From Octopus bimaculoides (Eukaryota): a stretch of DNA of 64,000 nucleotides. Positions within the stretch are counted from its first letter, which is position 1; every line of letters begins with the position of its first letter. The stretch is from contig NC_068987.1 of the NCBI RefSeq assembly GCF_001194135.2, positions 1,533,477 through 1,597,476 on the forward strand. Direction: 5' to 3'. This document shows, in pieces, positions 54,984 to 64,000 of this stretch. The position numbers and the translations under genes are program-made. Below the pieces are notes generated by a model that ran no database searches, was not told the DNA's origin, and saw only the letters and a program-made list of their open reading frames with translations.

Positions 54984-55544
54984 NNNNNNNNNNNNNNNNN
55001 NNNNNNNNNNNNNNNNNNNNNNNNNNNNNNNNNNNNNNNNNNNNNNNNNNNNNNNNNNNNNNNNNNNNNNNNNNNNNNNNNNNNNNNNNNNNNNNNNNNN
55101 NNNNNNNNNNNNNNNNNNNNNNNNNNNNNNNNNNNNNNNNNNNNNNNNNNNNNNNNNNNNNNNNNNNNNNNNNNNNNNNNNNNNNNNNNNNNNNNNNNNN
55201 NNNNNNNNNNNNNNNNNNNNNNNNNNNNNNNNNNNNNNNNNNNNNNNNNNNNNNNNNNNNNNNNNNNNNNNNNNNNNNNNNNNNNNNNNNNNNNNNNNNN
55301 NNNNNNNNNNNNNNNNNNNNNNNNNNNNNNNNNNNNNNNNNNNNNNNNNNNNNNNNNNNNNNNNNNNNNNNNNNNNNNNNNNNNNNNNNNNNNNNNNNNN
55401 NNNNNNNNNNNNNNNNNNNNNNNNNNNNNNNNNNNNNNNNNNNNNNNNNNNNNNNNNNNNNNNNNNNNNNNNNNNNNNNNNNNNNNNNNNNNNNNNNNNN
55501 NNNNNNNNNNNNNNNNNNNNNNNNNNNNNNNNNNNNNNNNNNNN

Positions 55545-55591
<47 letters not shown>

Positions 55592-55638
55592 CGCTCGCTC
55601 ACGCGCCTATATGCGTAAGTATATGTATGTATATGTCT

Positions 55639-55680
<42 letters not shown>

Positions 55681-56109
55681 TCACACACACCTATATGCAT
55701 AACGCACATCATATGTAAATTCCTGTGTGCGTTTGTGTTTATATACATACGTGTTTGTGTGTGCGTGCGTATATACGTCTGTGTTTGTGTGCGTATTTTT
55801 GTGTCTCTGTATGTATGCACGTATGTGTGTATGTTTATAGACGTGTGGCTATTGTGCGCAATGGTAAGTAATAAGTGTAGCTTTCTCCAAATCTGTCGAC
55901 CATTTGAACGGCTTCACATTGATAAAAGAACAAATATTATGAGTGTTAAGTGGAGAGCCGGGTGAGCGCCGCCGTTCAGGCCGATGCTCCACCTGTCAAC
56001 GCTAATGTAATAACTGTCACACATTGCCTCTCAAATCGGGCCAATGCTGCTGCTACCGCTGTTACTCTAGAATACATCAGCGTCATTGCTTTACGAGCTG
56101 TTATATGAA

Positions 56110-56820
56110 GGGGTGGCGCCGGTGGTGGTCATGATGGTGTTGGTGGCTTGTCCTTTTGTTGTTGTCGTTGTTGTTGTTGTTGTTGGTGGTGGTGGTGTTG
56201 TTGGCGGTGACGGTATTGTTAATAGGATTGGCTGTGATGGTGATGTAAGTGGTGGTGCTTGTAACGGTCATTGCTTTGGTGGTGGTGGTGGCTACGGTGG
56301 CTGTCGTAGTGATGGTAGTGGTGATGGTAGCGATTGCGATAGTGTTGGCGACGGTTGTGGGTGAGGCGGACATGGTGGTGGTGGTGGTGGTGGTGGTGGT
56401 GGTGATAGTCTTGATGATGGAAGTCGGGATGATGGTGATAACGGTGTTGGTACTTGTGGTGGCGTTAGTGGTGCTAATAATGTCGGGAATGATGGTCACG
56501 GTAGGGGTGGCAGTAGTTATGAAGACTGCGATGTGAGTGAAGCTGATGATAAAAGTGGCGGCGCTACAAGACTGGTGCGAGTGGCGGTGAGGTGTAAATG
56601 GCAGTGAGGTGTAAATGGTGGTGGTGGTGATGGTGGTGGTGGTGGTGGTGGTTGTTGTGGTTTTGGCAGTTGTGGTGGTGGTTGAAGTGCAGGTCTTAGA
56701 GTTGACAGCCTTTTTGGCATTGTTATCAGCATCGGTCGCTGTGCTACTGTTTCTGGTGATGGTATTCGGTGTGGTGGAACTGTTTGTAGTCCTTATGTTA
56801 TTGTTGTTGTTGTTGTTGCT
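56110..56820. repeat. Cryptic (GGT/GTT/GAT)n low-complexity region
   Basis: Directly visible; it produces overlapping poly-V, poly-T and poly-G pseudo-ORFs. Confidence 0.9.
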
Positions 56821-58420
56821 ATCGTTGTATATGCTCGGGACATTTCAAATTCCAGCAATTCTATGTGGCCCCACAAGCTGGCGATCTTCTGCCTGGCGAA
56901 ATGACCAATCATATAAGACACAACCTCGAAACGTTTGCCATGTCGCTTTCTTGTCACTCTTTTCCTGTGTCGTACCGAGTACAGCATAACAATCTGGTAT
57001 AACAAGTATGACAATTCCGTTGTCACCATTGTGCACTCGAATGACTGCTCTTGAAAACAGCGGAGGCAGCGAGGGTGGAGGCGGTTAAAATCAGGATGCA
57101 CATTTAAGGAGCTTAACATTTTTCTGTCCTTGTTTGTGTAATTTTCTTTTCCTTTTATTCTTTCTGTTTTTTTTTCTTTTGTTCTAGAACTCTCTAAGTG
57201 CAATTCCGTATCATTGCATTATGGGTATTTTATATGTGATTGTAGCATTTGTGTCTCGCGTGGCTGTTGTTGTTGATGATGATGATGATGACGATGATGA
57301 TGATAATGGTGATGATGATGAATAAGATGACAATTACAAGACGGCGACGAAGACTACGGCAACAACGACGTCGACGATGTTGATAAAGATGGTGTTGAGC
57401 ATTACGATGATGACTATGACGACGATGACCACCAAAACCCCACCACTACCACCACCACCACCACCACCACCACCACGATGATGATGATGATTAGTGATTG
57501 TGGTTTCTGTAGTGTATAAAAATTCCCCAGTTTTATATTTTGTTTGTTTTTGTTTTGTTTTAATGGTTATTCTAGGATTTCCTAGTCTAGCTTCTTTGAT
57601 GCTGTTTTATATTTCTGTTGTGTGTGGTTTCGATCTAATCTGTGCGAGACTGTCTCCGTTTTTTACGAGGTTAGCTATTTTTGGTACGGAATCGGAACTC
57701 TATTTCTTTAGGTTGCCTTCTGTGAATATGGTTTTTTTTTAAGAAGATAAGTCTATAATTATTTTGTTCAATGTATCTTCTGCACTGCGAATGGTGGTCA
57801 ATTTGGTGTTATTGAGTTCTGAATGAAAGTCTGGATTCTCTTTCTAAGAAGAACTCAGCCCTTTGTACTTCTTCAAGTTTGTAGAAATCTCTTTACGTTT
57901 TTCATTGATGTGCGAGCGAGTTGTAATGGTGATTGTAAAATTGTCAAGAGTGGGATGCTGTTTCGGAATCGTGTATACAAGATGGTTGTGCATGGAAGGG
58001 GGTTGCTAAGAGAAGAATGTGATGTTTCAGTGTGATGAATTGATGGTTTAGGAGTTAAAGACATTTTAGTTGAATAATATTCCATCACATTTCTTGTTAT
58101 CTGTATTGTGGGGATGAAGCATCGGTTGAATACACCAAAGTAACCCCTACTGATGGTTTTTATTTTAGTGTGTTAAATTACTGTAAGTATTAAGTTGTAA
58201 CCTGCTGGGAACGTTGGTCAAGACCAACTTGGCATCCGTGTATAAATATATATATATATATANNNNNNNNNNNNNNNNNNNNNNNNNNNNNNNNNNNNNN
58301 NNNNNNNNNNNNNNNNNNNNNNNNNNNNNNNNNNNNNNNNNNNNNNNNNATATGTATGTATATATAAATATAGAGAGGTATTATAATTTGTATATTTACA
58401 CATACACATATATATATGTT

Positions 58421-58452
<32 letters not shown>

Positions 58453-59008
58453 GGAGGTAATTTATATATTTATATATATACGTGGTTAGATAGATAGTAG
58501 CTATAGATAGACAGACAGACAGATATGCTTGGGATGAATGTGTGTGTGTGTATTCGTGTGTATTTAGTTTAGTTAATAAGAGAAAATTCACTAAGACGTG
58601 CACGAGAGAAGAGAGGAAGTCTGTGAGTGACACTCTATGGCTAATTCTTCGCATTGGTTTGATACAATGGCATTCGTTTATATCTTGTTTAAATGTCTTT
58701 GTCTACCAATCACAGGAAGAAGACACATCAGTTTGGGGGAAGTTACAAGAAGGTTAGGATAATAGGATAATATTATTAAAAGAATACAGTGGTCAATTTA
58801 ATCATAAGTATAACGAGAGATGGGATGGTCACGGTAGGAAGCCAGTTACGAATATGACTCTTCCACCAAGGATGAGCCGGTAATAAAGGACATCATAGGT
58901 TTTTATAGGAAACAATATAGGAGTCGCCCTGAGGTGCGCCGCGGGTAGGTGTATCAAATATACAGTCTGTTAGTCTGTTTGTTAGACTGTCTCTCTCTCC
59001 CTCTCTGC

Positions 59009-59088
<80 letters not shown>

Positions 59089-59295
59089 TTCTCTGTGCCT
59101 GAGGTTACCGTGGTCTTTTCGGTAGGCTTTTCTTTCCACGGATAAACCTAATTTTGCTTTTTAAAATTTAAAAATTCTTCTGTGATACAAGGTCCCTTTT
59201 GATCGTCTCCCCCCCACCCCGATCCGTTTTGATTGCAATTTTATTTTTCTCTTTTTTTTTCTATTTTTGAAAAAAAAAAAAGCTCTACATTGTAT

Positions 59296-59339
59296 TTTTG
59301 TCCCTTCTGTGTTCGGCCCTGTGTGGCTAATAAAGAAAT
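59296..59339 (+). mobile_element. Isolated 3' tail of SINE family B
   Basis: TTTGTCCCTTCTGTGTTCGGCCCTGTGTGGCTAATAAAGAAAT. Confidence 0.5.
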
Positions 59340-59459
59340 GTGTCTTACTCATAAGACAATAAACAAGTTTATATAGAAATTTAGCAATGAATACACTCGC
59401 TAACTCACACAGATATACTTATGTGTGCCAGTGTATGTCTCTGTTTATCTGTGTGTGTG

Positions 59460-59525
<66 letters not shown>

Positions 59526-59754
59526 GTGGGTGGGTGGGTAGGTAGGTAGGTACGTACGTACGTAGATGAATATACTGACACAGACGGACGGATAGATAGA
59601 TAGATAAATGGAGGGAGGGAGAAAGAATGCGTTCATGTACATATCTGTGTATATGTGGATGTATGTATGTATGTAAGTGAGCGTGCGTGTTCATGTGTAG
59701 CAGACATCTTTCAAAGTTCAGTAAATGGCTTGCTATATTTATTCCAGTTTTGCA

Positions 59755-59815
59755 CGCTCTGAGTTCAAATCGTGCCGAGGCAAAGTACGTCTTTCACCTA
59801 TTTCTGGTCGATGAA
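59755..59815 (+). mobile_element. SINE family B fragment
   Basis: CTCTGAGTTCAAATCGTGCCGAGG...CTTTCACCTATTTCTGGTCGAT. Confidence 0.55.
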
Positions 59816-60559
59816 AGACTAAAATAAAAACATGGCCTCGCCCACGCTGTCGCATGACACATTTTATTGAGATGGGTAGGGAAGGTGCTTACGTCTACTC
59901 GCGATAACACAGTCACTCACACACATACACACACGCGCGCGCATGCGTAGGTATACTTAAATACATAAATACTTCGGTTTTTGCATTTAGTTTCCACTAT
60001 TTTTCATGTAAATTCTTGTGTTAAAACAAATTTTGTTGCTTTGTTTTGAGAGGGTCACTAGGCCAATAAACACCCACATTGGTTCAGTGACATCCAGCAC
60101 ACAACCTCTCCGTTTACTCTTACCCCTCCCTTCTCTGGAAAGCAACCACGCATCTACATACACACACACAGGCATACATACATAGAGACATCAGACGAAT
60201 TCTGAGACAGACTGAAGGCAATGCTTGAAGTGAGAAGGCATGTTATTGATGAGGTTCCAATTAGCGATGAAAAGATTTTGGTAAACCAAAAAGCGGTTGA
60301 TTGTTTAAACAATACATTAAACAAACGTTCGATTAGTTAGTTGGTCAGATATTTAACCAATTGAGTAACAAAAGTTATATTGAACCAGAGCTTGTGCTTA
60401 TTATCATTGGCGAAATGACCCACCCAACAGACAACAAGATACACACACACACACACACACTCACACACATATATATATATAATATATATATATAGATATG
60501 TGTGTATGTGCATACACAAAAATATGTGCGTGTAAGCACATACATATGCAAGGATACAA

Positions 60560-60590
<31 letters not shown>

Positions 60591-60593
<3 letters not shown>

Positions 60594-60934
60594 TGAAGTA
60601 TATGTGCCACCTATATGTGGCGGTCCCATACAGAACGATACTACTGTTGTTTATAGCCCAGGAAAGTATCTCCTGCAGCTGGCTAATGACACACTGTGTC
60701 CGATTAGTATTTGGGAAGAGAAATCATCATTCGTATCTCTAGGCTTAAAGACCTGGGTCTTTGTGTATTGCGTAAGGCTAGAGGTGGGAACGACGATTTC
60801 TCTTCGCAAATATTCATCGGACACAGATAGTGTGTCGTTAGCCAGCTGCAGGAGATGTCTTCCTGGAGCTATAAACAACAGTGGCATCGTCCCCTATCGA
60901 TCCACCACATTCAGGTGGCACATATACTTCACGA
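60591..60934. mobile_element. Palindromic MITE / foldback element with ~140-bp inverted arms and a ~57-nt loop
   Basis: TCGTGAAGTATATGTGCCACCT...CTCCTGCAGCTGGCTAATGACAC...GAAGAGAAATCATCATT pairs with AACGACGATTTCTCTTC...GTGTCGTTAGCCAGCTGCAGGAG...AGGTGGCACATATACTTCACGA; inserted next to a TA run. Confidence 0.9.
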
Positions 60935-61331
60935 TTCCGTGCTGCTATTGTTCACGTCTCGCGCAAAAAATTATTATTCCTATATATATATATATATATA
61001 CACATATATATGTGTGAGTGTGTGTGTGTGTGTGTGTGTGCGTGTATACATATATATGTGCATATATATACATACATGTATATACACGAACACACATAAA
61101 CTGTATGACTCTGTAGACATTAAATATTAATTCCAGTCTATTACATTTTCTTCAATTTCCACTTTTTCTTATTCCATTCTTTGACAGCAGATTTTTTCTT
61201 AGCTTAGTATCTTTATTATTTATTTCTTTATTGCCCAAAGTATCTTTATTATTATTCTTAACTTTATTGTTATTAATATAAAAAGAAATCATAATAATTA
61301 TTATAAATAATAATATTATTAACGTTACTGC

Positions 61332-61376
<45 letters not shown>

Positions 61377-61770
61377 CATCATCATCATCATCATTACGAT
61401 TATGGCATTTTTTTCTGCTCTAACATCCGACCTCTCACCAGGACACTTCATATTTTCGCTCATAAATGGTGAAAATTCTTGGATTTCATTAAGAGCGAAA
61501 AAAAATTCGAAAACAAAGAAGCAATAATAGAAAAATAATAACATGAGATGTGAGAGTGAAACTCAAAGAATTATAAATGAGCCAAAGAAGCGAAATTTTT
61601 TTTTTTATGAACTTATGTATAATATATATATATGGGGATAAATGTGTGTTTGTGTGAGCGTGTGTTTGTGTGTGTGTGAGTGTTGCACTGGCTTATATTT
61701 GTATATGCATGTATCCATGTATGTGTGCTCGTATAGCTTAATGTGTGTTCGTGTGTTCGTATGTGTGTGT

Positions 61771-61808
<38 letters not shown>

Positions 61809-61818
61809 NNNNNNNNNN

Positions 61819-61853
<35 letters not shown>

Positions 61854-61934
61854 CATATCACGTATACATACCTATGTGTGTATACTTACATACATTTCCA
61901 TATATGCGTGTGGTGTGGTGTGTGTGTATGTGTG

Positions 61935-61973
<39 letters not shown>

Positions 61974-62046
61974 TACATGCATCAATATATATTCGTATAT
62001 ATATTTCTCTCCTCTCTCCCCCCTCTCTCTCTCTAGTTATATATAC

Positions 62047-62113
<67 letters not shown>

Positions 62114-62533
62114 TGTACATACATATCACGTATATGTGTCACGTATACATACCTATGTGTTTATACTTACATACATTTCTATATATGCGTGTGGCGTGTG
62201 TATGTGCGTGTGATGTGTGTGTGTGTGTGTGTGCGTATATATGTGAAGCATATCATATAGAGAAACTTAGAAAAACACAACATGCCATAACAAAAAAGCA
62301 GCAAGAAGTAAAAACAGAAAGACAATCCGTTGTTCAGTTGTTTATTTAACATTTAGAAATATATCTTGAATGAATTCCACTTTGCATTCCTTACCAATAT
62401 TTCTTCCCATATATCGGATCTGTCGGTTGATTAACATTACCTAATAGATGTAGCATTCAGCAATGGTTTTCTTTTCTTTCTTGCTTCACAATTATTTCTG
62501 TTTTTTAAAAAGTCTTTCTAATTTATTTCAGAA

Positions 62534-62584
<51 letters not shown>

Positions 62585-62802
62585 TTTTGTATTGCTGGAA
62601 TTATGCATGTTTTGTAGGTTTATATATATCGTATGTGTTTGACGAGATTAAATTTGTCCTTTTATTTGAAAATCTGAAACGTGTTATAATCAAAGGAATT
62701 TATAAATAGACTTAGAATTATACATGCGTACATATATACATATATACTTACGCGCGAACTCATTCAGACATATATCTTTGTGTGTGTGTGTGTTTGTATT
62801 TA

Positions 62803-62839
<37 letters not shown>

Positions 62840-62846
62840 GAATGCA

Positions 62847-62882
<36 letters not shown>

Positions 62883-62892
62883 NNNNNNNNNN

Positions 62893-62933
<41 letters not shown>

Positions 62934-63171
62934 GTTATGTACATATATCGTATTTTTATATATACGTACTTTTATATAATTGCAGCTGTGTATATATACA
63001 TACGTATATGTGAGTGTGTGACTGTGTGTGGGTGCGTGTGTGTTTATGTTTTGTGTTTAAGCTATATATTTATAGGCTATATATTCTAAGCTATATATTT
63101 ATAGGCACGTACATACGCAGTTATTATATATCCCTTTGTACATATACCCCGTTCAATATTACAGTACATAT

Positions 63172-63254
<83 letters not shown>

Positions 63255-64000
63255 TATCTATATTTACATACGTTTGAATGTATGCATGCATATATGTGTA
63301 TGAACGGAATATTTATAACATATAATAGACAACGATAATAATAATAATAATAATAATAATAATTAATAACAAAAATATTAAATGCAAAATATTCTTAGAC
63401 ATTTAAAAATACTGTATTGAAATGCAATTTTTTTAGAGTATTATTATTCGTTTTGTTTTTTTAACATATATATGACATGCTAACATTTACGCTTAAATCC
63501 TAACTAGTAAAGTCGTACTGTTTTTGCTTAGGCGTGTGTATATATACATTCATACATATATACATATATGTGTATATATATATCACAGATAACACACACA
63601 CATATATATATATCGCAGATACTGTTGTTGTAGTAGTAGTAGTAATAATAGTAGTAGTGGTAGTAGTAGTAGTAGTAACTACTATCATATTTTATTTTAA
63701 TTACACAAACAACTGGGATTTCAAGGCAGTCTCTCTAAAAAAATTCAACATTAACAGAACTTTCTCATTATTTTCCTCCATTCAACGCAGTTTGAAGCAC
63801 TTTTTCTCTATTTTGTTCAAATTTTTTTTTTTCCTTCTCTTTTTTTCGTATTTTCAATTCCTTCTTCACATCATCATCTCCCGGTGATTTCAGCATCATC
63901 GCAATCGCGATGTTTTATTATCTTCTTTTGTTACACTTCATTTTTTTAAATACTTTATTTTATTTATAGTTTAGTCATTGTTGTTTTTTCATATCAGTGT

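Noticed and set aside
56830-57130. Unique-looking stretch with ORFs on both strands
   Set aside because: No recognisable domain in any frame and no convincing splice boundaries.
57560-58160. Possible decayed LINE ORF on the minus strand
   Set aside because: A-rich strand bias only; no endonuclease or RT motif could be identified.

Overview
AT-rich eukaryotic genomic DNA, saturated with microsatellites ((TA)n, (CA)n, (GA)n, (TATC)n, (AAT)n, (ACT)n, cryptic (GGT/GTT)n), with 14 N-gaps that mostly abut TA runs. No host protein-coding gene, rRNA, intact tRNA or CRISPR array could be supported; almost all supplied ORFs are translations of microsatellites or gaps. The SINE and transposon content matches my recollection of octopus (coleoid cephalopod) repeats; this taxonomic call is an inference. 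Recognisable content is mobile-element debris: an internally deleted DD37D (maT-type) Tc1/mariner element with both TIRs and TA TSDs (8928-9738), the 5' end of a second mariner subfamily, a decayed piggyBac-like transposase, two R4/Dong-like 3' ends inside one (AAT)n tract, a CR1/L2-group LINE 3' end, a Penelope GIY-YIG remnant, three tRNA-derived SINE families and a 344-bp palindromic MITE. Most worth a second look: (i) minimal type-I hammerhead ribozyme motifs with palindromic loop III, best at 24611-24670 and 45769-45821; (ii) a 78-bp-period array with a conserved 15-mer and diverged spacers plus inverted copies upstream (5700-6600); (iii) a decayed ~65-bp repeat with a dimeric higher-order pattern (35020-35595).
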